Shown one piece after another: positions 20,975-30,267 of a DNA stretch of 64,000 nucleotides. Position 1 is the first letter of the stretch. Each line of letters starts with the position of its first letter. The translations under genes and the position numbers were made by a program. Source of the stretch: Thermodesulfobacteriota bacterium (GTDB lineage: Bacteria > Desulfobacterota_D > UBA1144 > Nemesobacterales > Nemesobacteraceae); assembly GCA_965207685.1 (NCBI GenBank), contig OZ242294.1:1635229-1699228 (forward strand), read 5' to 3'. The notes beneath the pieces are model-generated. The model saw nothing but the letters and a program-made list of their open reading frames with translations. It was not told the DNA's origin and ran no database searches.

Positions 20975-21410
20975 ATGGCCAAATTTAACATGATGTATTG
21001 GATTTGTCCACAAAATTGCTAAAGGATTTTCGCCGTAATCCTCGGGTTGAGTTATTCACTTCCCGCGAGAAAACCGATCGTTTCACTTGAAAAAACACGT
21101 CTTGGGTATAAGGACGGCAAGGATATCCACTGACGCTCGGAACTTTCCCGGATCGGGCACTGCAGCAACAAGCTTGCTTTTCTTCACAGTATTGCGTTGC
21201 CGATAAAGTGCCGTTGAATTGCCATTAAATCCGGGTTTGCCAAAAACTTCCTGCAAAGACAAAAAGCATTGGGAAAAAACCAGATGGACATATCGATACT
21301 ACAGGATCCCGCGACGGGTGTAGAGTCGGTTTAAAATCAACTGCTGTAAAACTAATGTTGGCGATTAGGTGTATTTTGTTTCTTAACGGGAGCCGGTCGC
21401 GGAGCGAGTA

Positions 21411-22142
21411 TCAGACCGCCTTTCGCTCCTTCTCGATCCGGTCGTAGGCGTCATTTATCACCGAGAGCTTCTCGTTCGCCGCGTCGACGAACTCCTGGGG
21501 TACTCCCTGGGCGATCAGGGTGTCGGGATGGTGCGCCCGGACAAGTTCGCGGTACTTACTTTTAAGTTCGTCGTCCGGTATGTCTCTTGCGACTCCCAGG
21601 ACTTCATACGGATCCGGCTTGTCGACGCCATGTGCGGCACGAATCCGCCTGAATGCCGCTTCGCTCAGCCCGAATATCTCTGCCACGCTTTCGAGATACT
21701 CGTTTTCCTTGGGATGGTAGACGTTATCGGCTTTGGCGATGAGAAACAGACAGTTTAAAAGTTCCTCGAGCACCGAGGGGTTGTCCCTGAACATCTCGGC
21801 GAGCTGCCGTGCGTAGGGCTCAAAGCCCTCCGAGTCTTCCTTGGCGATATTGAAAACACGGGCGACTTCAGCCTCTTTTACCTCGTTTCTCAGGATCGGA
21901 TTAAACACCTTCCGGAAAGCTTGGATCTCCTCTTCCCCTACTATCCCGTCAGCTTTAGCCATCTTGGCCGCCAGCACTATAACTCCGGCCGTGAAAGCGA
22001 CCTGTTTTCTCGAACGTGTGTCGGTCGGGCGTTCCCCGGTATCCACGAACGCGTGACCCGCCATGGCGCCGAGCAGTGCACCGATAGGGCCGCCGAGAGC
22101 GAAGCCCGCTGCGCCGCCGATTATTTTCCCCCATACGCTCAT
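21411..22142 (-). CDS. djlA: DjlA-type co-chaperone (TM + TerB-like + C-terminal J domain)
   Basis: N-terminal TM; C-terminal DPYEVLGV...HHPD J-domain. Confidence 0.7.
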   Translation of the reverse strand: MSVWGKIIGGAAGFALGGPIGALLGAMAGHAFVDTGERPTDTRSRKQVAFTAGVIVLAAKMAKADGIVGEEEIQAFRKVFNPILRNEVKEAEVARVFNIAKEDSEGFEPYARQLAEMFRDNPSVLEELLNCLFLIAKADNVYHPKENEYLESVAEIFGLSEAAFRRIRAAHGVDKPDPYEVLGVARDIPDDELKSKYRELVRAHHPDTLIAQGVPQEFVDAANEKLSVINDAYDRIEKERKAV

Positions 22143-22222
22143 ATGATTTTCTCCTCTGAAGAGTCTACCAGAAAAACACCCCTTCGGAATCTTCCCCGGA
22201 CTCCCGGACGCGAAAAAATGCG

Positions 22223-23653
22223 CTAGGGAATCGCCTGCACTCTTGCCCTAACCCTGCCTTCTGCCGTGAGAACTAAGCGCAGGTGCTCGGGTCCCACGTC
22301 GAGGCGGGTTATGCGCACCCGGCGCACTTTTCCCGTAATCGAGACATTCTCCGATGAAAGCGCAGAAATCGCATCCTCGGCACCGTCTCTGAGTTCCTCA
22401 AGCTTAGGCCCGAGATCGAATGGAAGGCGCTTTGAGACGGCTTTGAGAAGCAGGGATTCCGCGGCCTTTCCAGCCATTGAGAAAAGCACGTTTTGCGAAT
22501 CAGTTTCGAGAGCTACGTTTTCCAGCGTTACGGTCTGCGCCTTGGAGTCGAGTTTCGGTTCGGCGATAATGTACAGGGTTCCTTTCGCTGCCGTGCCGGA
22601 TAGGTAATCCGTCTCCACTGCCACCGTGGTTTCAAGCAGAAGCATCTCCGCATAAGGACGGATACTGATTTTCTTTATGACTATGGAGACGTTTTTGCCC
22701 AGAGACTTGCCGACGACTTCCTCGGCAAGTGTTCGTTCAAGGGTTTCGTAATCGATTATGGTAGGCATGACGATTTCGAAGCCTCCAGGCTTTGGCTTTT
22801 CTAGGAGCAGGGTTTTCGGGAAGGGACATCGGGGCTGAGTCCGCTCTGTCAGGATGCGCGTTTTCACTTCAACTCCAATTGTGGTATGAATGTTTTTGCG
22901 GTCGATGCGGATCTGCGCCGCGCGCGCGACTACGGGCCTTGTTTCAAGCCAGAGATCGGAGTTTTCTCCAAGCGGTGTTGAGCCGCAAAGTCTCTTCCAG
23001 CCTTTTCTTGCCGCCTGCTCAAAGAGATTGCTTCGGGCCACGCTTTGGTTAAGTTGCGTGCGAAGTCCCTCAGCCGTGGTTTCAACTGCGGGAAATATAT
23101 GTCCTCCTACGTCAAGATTTCCTATGCGTTTTATCGGGATGTTGGCCCTTTGTATATCTATTTTTATCTCGGAGAGGTTCGGGGAGACGCGCCAGTTGGT
23201 CTTGAGGGTCGGACTTGCGGCGAGGGAGACGCTTGCAAGTACGTCGCCGCTTGTGCTGAAATCGATTTTCCTTGCCAGCTGAAAGGTTCCCGTCGCGCGG
23301 GCCTCTCCACTAAGCTCGGTCGCTATGTTTAGCGCTCCGCTTCGGCCCGATACCCTGAGGTCGGAGCGTTCAAGATTCCAGCTTAACTCGTTTTGGGCGA
23401 ACCTTCCTACTAGAGCGTTTTCCTTTAAGCCCGATTCCCGCTTCGGCGTTTTGCGCTCAAGCGCTTCCCTTACGGCAGCTATGGGGACAGAGACCGGGAT
23501 AGTTGCTCTTGAAAGATGTTCCGCAAGCGGCTCAAGCGCCGAGGTCTTGGGAGTGGGCCTTTCGGCGTCATGCCTCGACATGTTTTCAGACAGATAAGCC
23601 CCCGCTGCGAGAATCACCCCGAGCACGAGAATAAACAGTATTAGCCTTCTCAT
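22223..23653 (-). CDS. Hypothetical exported protein (possibly DUF4403-like)
   Basis: N-terminal TM/signal; 476 aa; no catalytic motif recognised. Confidence 0.35.
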   Translation of the reverse strand: MRRLILFILVLGVILAAGAYLSENMSRHDAERPTPKTSALEPLAEHLSRATIPVSVPIAAVREALERKTPKRESGLKENALVGRFAQNELSWNLERSDLRVSGRSGALNIATELSGEARATGTFQLARKIDFSTSGDVLASVSLAASPTLKTNWRVSPNLSEIKIDIQRANIPIKRIGNLDVGGHIFPAVETTAEGLRTQLNQSVARSNLFEQAARKGWKRLCGSTPLGENSDLWLETRPVVARAAQIRIDRKNIHTTIGVEVKTRILTERTQPRCPFPKTLLLEKPKPGGFEIVMPTIIDYETLERTLAEEVVGKSLGKNVSIVIKKISIRPYAEMLLLETTVAVETDYLSGTAAKGTLYIIAEPKLDSKAQTVTLENVALETDSQNVLFSMAGKAAESLLLKAVSKRLPFDLGPKLEELRDGAEDAISALSSENVSITGKVRRVRITRLDVGPEHLRLVLTAEGRVRARVQAIP

Positions 23654-23742
23654 CTAAAGATATTATGGTAAGGGAATTTTCGTGAATTTAAAGATTTTTG
23701 TTAATAGCACGCCATCTGTCCGGAAGTATAGCACGCCGTCTG

Positions 23743-25606
23743 AGACTGTGAAGATATTCTGGGGTTTTGGTTATTCTGCGGAACACTGAGAATCGAGATG
23801 GCGTTGCGGGAGAGTAAGGGCTGATTTGCCTCTGCCTCGGTCATAACATCTAAAACGGCATAATTATCTTTGTATTTCAGGCAGTTAGGTGTTGATATCA
23901 CGCCTCCCCAAAGGTATAATTACATCAACAATTCATATCAAGGTGGAACACACAATGAACCAACGCCGATACAAGCCCACCCTTGACCGCACGCAAGCAT
24001 TGCTTCTGCCCGAGAGGGTGGAAGATTACGTGGGAGAGAACCACCAGGTTCGAGCCCTTGACGCTTATGTTGATACCCTGGACCTCGGTGCTCTGGGCTT
24101 CAAGCACACCGAGGCCGGTACCGTGGCTGGGCAGCCTCCTTACAACCCGTGGTCTATGCTCAAGCTTTACCTGTACGGATATCAGCACGGGATACGCAGC
24201 AGCCGCAAGCTGGAGGCTGAGGCCCGAAGGAACCTTGAAGTGATATGGCTGGTGAAGGGAGTGCGGCCGTCATACAAGAGCATTGCGGATTTCCGCAAGG
24301 ATCATGTGGCGCAGTTGCGGGAGGTTAACCGGGATTTTGTTTTGCTGTGCAGGGAGTTGGATTTGTTCGGCGGGGATGAGGTGGCGGTTGACGGTTCTTT
24401 TTTCTCTGCGAACGCGAGCAGGGGGAGTATACAGACGGAGGGTTACATAGACAGGGAGTTGGAGAACATAAAGAAGAAGATAGAGGAGTATCAGGCAGTT
24501 CTTGAGGAGCAGGATGCGGCGGACGACAGTGCGGGGAGGCAGGATACGGGCAACGACGAGGTGTTGGGGGAGAAGATAGAGAAGCTCAGGCGACGGCAGG
24601 AGGAAAAGAGAAAGCTTAAGTCCCGCATGGAGAGAAGGGGGCAAACGCAGGTATCTGTGGTGGATGAAGATGCGAGGCTGCTCAGGAAGCGGGGGCAGAG
24701 CGTGGCGGGGTACAACGCCCAGATAGCGGTGGATTCTAAGCACAAGCTGGTGGTTGCCGAGGGGGTGATTCAGGATGGCAGGGATCACCGTCAGTTGTCG
24801 GGAATGCTTATGGAGACCGGGAAAAGGCTCTGCAGGGAACAGTTTGTGGGGTTGGCCGACGGGGGTTATTACGAGAGCATGGAACTTAAGCGGTGCGAGG
24901 ATGAAGGTATCACTGTTTATGTGCCGGTTCCCGACACAAGCGCGGGGATAAGGGGGAGGGGGCGTTACACTCTGGATGAATTCAGTTACGACTCAGCGGA
25001 GGACTGTTATTACTGTCCCCAGGGAAAGCGGTTGGCTCCCCGCGGGGAGCCATTACATAAAAGCGGGAAGCGTTACATTCTGTATAGCGCCAGGAATGTT
25101 GACTGCAAGGGGTGTGCGATGCGCAAGCGTTGTATTGGTGACAGTGCACGGAGCAGGCTGATACAGCGCTGGGAACATCAGGAGGTGCTTGACAGGCACA
25201 GGGAGAGGATGGAGGCGGAGGCGGAGAGGATTAAGAGGCGTGGGAAGATCGTAGAACACCCGTTTGGGACGTTGAAGAGCAGATGTGGGATTCACCAGTT
25301 TTTGATGAGAGGTCTTGAGAAATGCCGGGGGGAGTTCAGCTTGATGACGATGGCCTATAACTTTACCCGGGCGCTTAACGTGCTGGGGGCGCAAAGACTG
25401 AGGGAGTATTGCGCCGTGAGGAGGGTTTGTGGCCCTCAAATGGCCTGAAACGATGAGAGAAAGCTTGCTGATTTGACATTATGACACCAGATCGGGGGTG
25501 TCGAACCGAATTCCGAGGATTTTTAACCTCTTCCATCAGAAAACACATGCATTGCTGACAGTAGATTTACTTTTAAACCATCTCTCCCTCAATACTCTCA
25601 CAGTCT
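23743..25606 (+). mobile_element. IS1182-family (IS5-like) element, 1864 bp, 16-bp terminal IRs (agactgtgaagatatt / aatactctcacagtct), 6-bp TSD CGTCTG
   Basis: Inserted 44 bp inside the inner end of the right ISNCY copy. The uninterrupted sequence is visible in the left copy at 2230-2288. Confidence 0.8.
23955..25448 (+). CDS. IS1182-family transposase (InsH-N/DUF772 N-terminus + DDE)
   Basis: N-terminus reads LLPERVEDYVGENHQVRALDAYVD..MLKLYLYGYQHGIRSSRKLE; RBS AAGGTGGA upstream. Confidence 0.75.
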   Translation: MNQRRYKPTLDRTQALLLPERVEDYVGENHQVRALDAYVDTLDLGALGFKHTEAGTVAGQPPYNPWSMLKLYLYGYQHGIRSSRKLEAEARRNLEVIWLVKGVRPSYKSIADFRKDHVAQLREVNRDFVLLCRELDLFGGDEVAVDGSFFSANASRGSIQTEGYIDRELENIKKKIEEYQAVLEEQDAADDSAGRQDTGNDEVLGEKIEKLRRRQEEKRKLKSRMERRGQTQVSVVDEDARLLRKRGQSVAGYNAQIAVDSKHKLVVAEGVIQDGRDHRQLSGMLMETGKRLCREQFVGLADGGYYESMELKRCEDEGITVYVPVPDTSAGIRGRGRYTLDEFSYDSAEDCYYCPQGKRLAPRGEPLHKSGKRYILYSARNVDCKGCAMRKRCIGDSARSRLIQRWEHQEVLDRHRERMEAEAERIKRRGKIVEHPFGTLKSRCGIHQFLMRGLEKCRGEFSLMTMAYNFTRALNVLGAQRLREYCAVRRVCGPQMA

Positions 25607-25670
25607 CGTCTGTCCGGTTTTGCTGAAGGGCGATTGTCTGGATTTATCTTCTCCAAAGGAGGAGGTATTC

Positions 25671-26912
25671 ATGGACCAGACGAGGTTTCTGCAAAGAGTC
25701 AGGATGAACCAGTTCGAGAGGGTATACCGGAGGTGGAAGGAGAAGAAGGTTATACAGGCAGAAGCAGCAGAGCAGCTCGGGATAGGGGAGAGAACGTTTC
25801 GTCGTTACGCGGTCCGATACAGGGACGAAGGGATGCGTGGGCTTTTGGATAAGCGCCTGGGAGCACTCTCCCACAACCGGGCCCCGCAGGAGGAGATCTC
25901 GGAGGTGGTGGAGTTGTACAAGACCCTCTACCCCGAACGCAACGTGGCTCACTTCTACGAGGCGTATAAAGAGCGCCACGGAGGCCGTCGCTGCTACAAC
26001 TGGGTGAAGAGAACCCTTTACTCTGCGGGAGTGGCGAGGAGGCCCCGGGGAGGGGGAGTGCACCGCCAGCGCAGGCAGCGGCGGGAGTGTGCCGGGGAGA
26101 TGATACACCAGGACGCAAGCACTCACAGGTGGGTTCCCCGGGAGGTGTGGGACCTTGTGGTGACCATGGACGACGCCACCGGGGAGATATACAGCGCTTT
26201 CTTTGTTTCGGAGGAAGGGACCTGGAGCAGCATGAGAGGGGTAAGGGATGTATTGGAGAGTAAAGGGATATTCTTGAGTTTTTACAGTGACCGGGGGCCC
26301 CATTACTGGAGCACTCCGGTGGCCGGAGAGAAGGTGGACAAGGAGAATCCAACGCAGTTTGGGCGAGCGATGGGTGAGCTGGGCATTCTGATGATACCGG
26401 GATATTCCCCTGAGGCCAGGGGGCGCAGCGAGAGGATGTTCGGGACCTTGCAGGGAAGGTTGCCCGCGGAGTTGCGTGAGCGTGGTATAGTGGAGATGGA
26501 AGAGGCGAACAGGTTTTTGGAGGAGAGTTTCATAGAGGATTTCAACAGGCGTTTCATGGTGGCCGCGGCGGAGAAGGGGGAAGCGTTTGTACCGCTTTTT
26601 GATGCCAACCTTGACGATATACTGTGTTTGAAGCATCGGAGGGTAGTGGGCAACGACAACTGCGTGAGGTACAAGGGTATGAGTTTGCAGATCCCGCCGG
26701 TTAAGGATCGTTATCATTTTGTGAGGGCTAAGGTAGTTGTGCATGAGTATTCGGACGGGAGCATGTCTGTGTATCATGGGAAGCGCAGGCTGGGCGGATA
26801 TGACAGTGAAGGCAGGTTAAAAAACAAAGGAGGCGAAAGCAGACCGAGAACCCGGATAAGGGGTTCCCGCAGTTTCACTTCACCCTCTTCGGGCTACGCC
26901 CTGGGAGGCTGA
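25671..26912 (+). CDS. Transposase, DDE/rve integrase core, ISNCY-like (right copy)
   Basis: Near-identical to 945-2186, differing by two amino acid substitutions (K->R, N->D). Confidence 0.75.
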   Translation: MDQTRFLQRVRMNQFERVYRRWKEKKVIQAEAAEQLGIGERTFRRYAVRYRDEGMRGLLDKRLGALSHNRAPQEEISEVVELYKTLYPERNVAHFYEAYKERHGGRRCYNWVKRTLYSAGVARRPRGGGVHRQRRQRRECAGEMIHQDASTHRWVPREVWDLVVTMDDATGEIYSAFFVSEEGTWSSMRGVRDVLESKGIFLSFYSDRGPHYWSTPVAGEKVDKENPTQFGRAMGELGILMIPGYSPEARGRSERMFGTLQGRLPAELRERGIVEMEEANRFLEESFIEDFNRRFMVAAAEKGEAFVPLFDANLDDILCLKHRRVVGNDNCVRYKGMSLQIPPVKDRYHFVRAKVVVHEYSDGSMSVYHGKRRLGGYDSEGRLKNKGGESRPRTRIRGSRSFTSPSSGYALGG

Positions 26913-27055
26913 AGTGAAAAAAGCAAAAGCGGACAACTCGCGTGCTATAAAAGCGGACAGTTCCATTTGCTGTTAACAATTTTGGTTTCTCCAGGAGATT
27001 TTATCTGCCGCGGGGCGGTCGTGGCGGAAGGGTCGGAGGCTGGTTTACGAGATAC

Positions 27056-27541
27056 TTATCCGTATCCCGGAAAATCGGAAAGTTCGGAGTCTCTCGGAAG
27101 AGTGAGAGGGTGTCTCGGGTGTCCGTCCTTTGTAAGTCCGAGTGCTTTCGGCTTAGAAAGCCAGCTGCTTACGAGTTTGGCCCGCGATTGCCGCATCGGG
27201 TCTCTGAGCGCTCCCCAGGCGACCACGGTCAAGTCGCAACCGCGGGCGCAGCGTTTTATAAAGTGGTCGTTTTCCGGACCGATCCTGCTCTCGCGCGGCG
27301 GTTTCCCGAGTTCCCGGGGATCCCTCGCGCGCCAGGCGTAGAGGTTGACCGCGTAGAGATCTCCGTATCCCAGTCTGCGGGCGAAATCAATGCAGCGCCT
27401 GATGGTGGGATCATCATGGTTTTCATCCGCGGTTGAGGGGTTAAGCATTATAAAGCAGATTTTTTTATCGGTGTCTGCGGTTTTTCTGTAAAGCTGATAC
27501 CGGTACTTGCGGTCGGGGGTTATTACCGTTTTCCTGTTCAT
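27056..27541 (-). CDS. DUF1643-like protein (possible UDG-like fold)
   Basis: FIMLNPSTAD motif. Downstream of, and co-oriented with, 27585-28121. Confidence 0.45.
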   Translation of the reverse strand: MNRKTVITPDRKYRYQLYRKTADTDKKICFIMLNPSTADENHDDPTIRRCIDFARRLGYGDLYAVNLYAWRARDPRELGKPPRESRIGPENDHFIKRCARGCDLTVVAWGALRDPMRQSRAKLVSSWLSKPKALGLTKDGHPRHPLTLPRDSELSDFPGYG

Positions 27542-27584
27542 TCCTGGATTTTTCAGCAAGTGTCAGGGGAAGCGTGAACCGGAA

Positions 27585-28121
27585 TCAGCGGATCCTCATT
27601 TCAACAAGCCCCGCTCCGTTATCTTCTCCTTTCTCCGATTCGCTGTGCCATGTGATCACGCGGGAGAAAGGAAGTCCGATGAGCCGGTCGCATTTTCCAT
27701 GCTCCTTGAGGCACGCGTGCACGCGAATCGGCATTCTCCGGCCCGGGTCTCCGAGCAGCGCCATGTCTCCTTGGCTTACGTAGAGCACTACGACGATTTT
27801 TCCCTCGGACGTTTTGTGAACTTCCACTTTCTGCTCTCCGGGATCTTCCCCCGAGTCACGATCAAGCGGCACGAAATCGATGTGGCTAATTTCCTCAAGA
27901 CGCGACGGGCTTGCGTAGCCGAACACTCCGTCGGGCAACTGGGAGATGCCGCCGTGGTCTTCGGTCGAATGCAATTCGCGTACCCCGGTTTCCCGACGGA
28001 TTTCCTCCCTGGTGTCTTTTACGATTACGGGGCCGACTTCGCTTAAAAACGGCTTCGCAATTATCCACAGCAGGAAGAGCACGCAGAAGATAAGAGCCGC
28101 CTTTACCCTCTTGCTTTCCAT
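27585..28121 (-). CDS. Hypothetical membrane-anchored protein
   Basis: N-terminal TM (ALIFCVLFLLWIIA), soluble acidic domain. Confidence 0.4.
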   Translation of the reverse strand: MESKRVKAALIFCVLFLLWIIAKPFLSEVGPVIVKDTREEIRRETGVRELHSTEDHGGISQLPDGVFGYASPSRLEEISHIDFVPLDRDSGEDPGEQKVEVHKTSEGKIVVVLYVSQGDMALLGDPGRRMPIRVHACLKEHGKCDRLIGLPFSRVITWHSESEKGEDNGAGLVEMRIR

Positions 28122-28295
28122 ATCCTTGCCCGCGTATGCCTGAATTTCCTTTCCGGCCGCATGTTTTTATCTCTTGCCCGCGCTATTCACTGCGTGAAGA
28201 GCGAGAACCACTCCACTAGAAAAAACTCTATCGGCATTTTCGCCGTGTTTCAAAAATTCGAAATACTTCTGTTAATGACGACTCTAAATTTTTGC

Positions 28296-28342
28296 TTGAC
28301 AATTTTTTAGGGACTTGTTAATCTGACTGACGAGTCAGTCAG
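28296..28342 (+). promoter_or_regulatory. Sigma70-like promoter (TTGACA-16 bp-TTAATC) overlapping a 20-bp palindromic operator CTGACTGAC-GAG-GTCAGTCAG in the divergent region
   Basis: Imperfect 20-bp palindrome at 28323-28342, immediately upstream of the TetR start. Confidence 0.55.
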
Positions 28343-28354
28343 TGGGTGAGGAAT

Positions 28355-28984
28355 ATGGTTCAGGCTACTAGCGTTCCCGAGAGAAGCACGTCAAGAGAAA
28401 AAACATCCAGAAGATTCAGACGCCGAGACGAGATACTAAAAACCGCGACCGACCTTTTCTCCGAGAAGGGCTATCATGAACTCACCATGGAGGAAATAGC
28501 CGAGGAGATAGGCGTATCGAAGGGAACCATCTACAACTACTTCTCCTCAAAGGAGAATCTATACCTCGAAATCCTCAAGGAAAGCTTCGAGGCCATAGAG
28601 GCGCTTTTGCAGAAGGAGATAGAGAACTCAGATCCTGCTCCCCTGAAGCTCCGCAAGCTGCTTGCTACCATATTCACTTTCTACAGACAGAACCTGAAGG
28701 TTCTTCGCATACTGAGCCGCGACGAGACACATCTTCTAAAGGAGCACTTCGAGCTTACCGAGAAGTGGAGAACGCGGCGGGTGAGGCTCTACGAAAAAAT
28801 AATAGAAAAAGGCATAGACGAAGGAAGCTTCGTGAGACAGAACCCGAGGCTTCGCGCCCTCATGCTCTATGGGGCCGTGGGCGCGGTAATGGTTCACCAC
28901 GATTTCTCAATGGACGCGGGAGAGGTGGCCGACGCGGTTTTCTCGCAGCTTGCTTCCGGACTGCTGATAAACAAGGACTCTTAG
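28355..28984 (+). CDS. TetR/AcrR family transcriptional regulator
   Basis: N-terminal HTH (TATDLFSEKGYHELTMEEIAEEIGVSKGTIYNYF). Confidence 0.85.
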   Translation: MVQATSVPERSTSREKTSRRFRRRDEILKTATDLFSEKGYHELTMEEIAEEIGVSKGTIYNYFSSKENLYLEILKESFEAIEALLQKEIENSDPAPLKLRKLLATIFTFYRQNLKVLRILSRDETHLLKEHFELTEKWRTRRVRLYEKIIEKGIDEGSFVRQNPRLRALMLYGAVGAVMVHHDFSMDAGEVADAVFSQLASGLLINKDS

Positions 28985-29017
28985 CTTTTTGAAAAAAATT
29001 TAAGGAGGAGAGGAGTT

Positions 29018-30190
29018 ATGTCATCATATGGATACAGTTCGCGCACCCAGCACTTTGTTCCGCCCAAACAGTGGGCGAGCATGAGGGTCGCGAGGGAACT
29101 TGAGAGGAAAACGGGGAAAAAGATCATTCACTTTGAAAAGGGTGACTATCAGGGACCCGATTTCGATACGCCGGAGCATGTTCTTGACGCTACGGAGCAG
29201 GCGCTTAGAGACGGTTACGTAAGGTACGACCCAGGGCCGGGACTTCCCGAGCTTCGGGAGGCCATAGCGGAGAAGATGGGTGAGCGGGGAAGGCCCACGG
29301 AGCCAGATGAGGTCATAGTGACGGCGGGAGCTAAGCACTCCCTTACGATGAACCTCCTTACCTTTCTTGAGGACGGGGACGAGGTTATATTCCCGAACCC
29401 CGGGTATCCCCCCGATGAGGTATGGGCCAAGTACGCAAACGCGGTGATAAAGCACACTCCGCTTACAAAGCCCGACTGGCAGTTCGACGTTGAGAAGCTG
29501 GAAGGACTCATCACCCCGAAAACCAAGCTCGTGATCATAAATACCCCCCAGAGGCCTAACGGCCACTTGGTGGAGAACCCCCAGGAGATAGCCGACATGC
29601 TTGAGCGCCACCCCCAGGTGATGATCATATCTGACGAGATATTCTCCCAGGTAACCTTCGGAAAGCCCCATCTCTCGATCTCATCGATAGAGAGCATACG
29701 GGACAGGGTGATCTGCATAGACACGTTCTCAAAGACCTGGGCGATGACCGGGTGGAGAATAGGGTGGACCGTGGCTCCGAGGCCCGTTATCGACAAGCTA
29801 TCGATATTCCTTCAGGACTCGATCACCAACGTGGCGGCGTTCATACAGAAAGCGGCGCACGCGGCTCTAACCGGACCGCAGGACTGGGTCGAGAACAAGC
29901 TGGTTCTGCTTGAGCAGAAAAGGGACCGTATGGTTGCCGGGCTAAACAGCGTCCCTGGCATAACCTGCGATACCCCCGACGGTGCGTTCTATGCCTTTGC
30001 CGACATCTCGGGAACGGGACTTACCTCCCAGGAGTTCACCGACAGGCTTGTTGAGCGCGCGGCGGTTGCCGTAGTGGCCGGTACGGCCTTCGGCAGCCAG
30101 GGGGAGGGTTACGTTCGCGTCACCTACGCGTGTTCTGACGAGGATATAGACGAAGGAATGAAGAGGATGAGGGAAGCGGATCTTTCCTGA
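29018..30190 (+). CDS. PLP-dependent aminotransferase, class I (aspartate/aromatic aminotransferase-like)
   Basis: SFSKTWAMTGWRIGW lysine region. Confidence 0.8.
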   Translation: MSSYGYSSRTQHFVPPKQWASMRVARELERKTGKKIIHFEKGDYQGPDFDTPEHVLDATEQALRDGYVRYDPGPGLPELREAIAEKMGERGRPTEPDEVIVTAGAKHSLTMNLLTFLEDGDEVIFPNPGYPPDEVWAKYANAVIKHTPLTKPDWQFDVEKLEGLITPKTKLVIINTPQRPNGHLVENPQEIADMLERHPQVMIISDEIFSQVTFGKPHLSISSIESIRDRVICIDTFSKTWAMTGWRIGWTVAPRPVIDKLSIFLQDSITNVAAFIQKAAHAALTGPQDWVENKLVLLEQKRDRMVAGLNSVPGITCDTPDGAFYAFADISGTGLTSQEFTDRLVERAAVAVVAGTAFGSQGEGYVRVTYACSDEDIDEGMKRMREADLS

Positions 30191-30267
30191 GTCCCTTAAT
30201 ATAGAAAGTTAGGCTTTTTACTTGACTCAGGGTCCGCAGGCTTGCGGGCCCTGAGAATTAACGGAAA

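Larger units (their letters stand above)
23699..26978 (+). mobile_element. ISNCY-like IS, right copy (inverted relative to 879-2288), interrupted by a nested IS; own 5-bp TSD ATTTT (23694-23698 and 26979-26983)
   Basis: Segments 23699-23742 and 25607-26978 together match the left copy end to end. Confidence 0.8.

Noticed and set aside
24270-24788. 172-aa minus-strand ORF within the IS1182 transposase gene
   Set aside because: Antisense shadow ORF of the transposase gene; Leu/Pro-rich and without motifs.
879-26978. Composite transposon mobilising the 21-kb island as a unit
   Set aside because: Each IS copy has its own 5-bp TSD (GGCAC; ATTTT) and the left copy's flanks reconstitute eamA. This means two independent insertions rather than a single composite transposition.
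30226-30255. Imperfect GC-rich hairpin downstream of the aminotransferase, as a possible terminator
   Set aside because: There is no trailing T-run and it overlaps the TTTTTACTTGACT promoter-like motif of the next gene, so the call is ambiguous.
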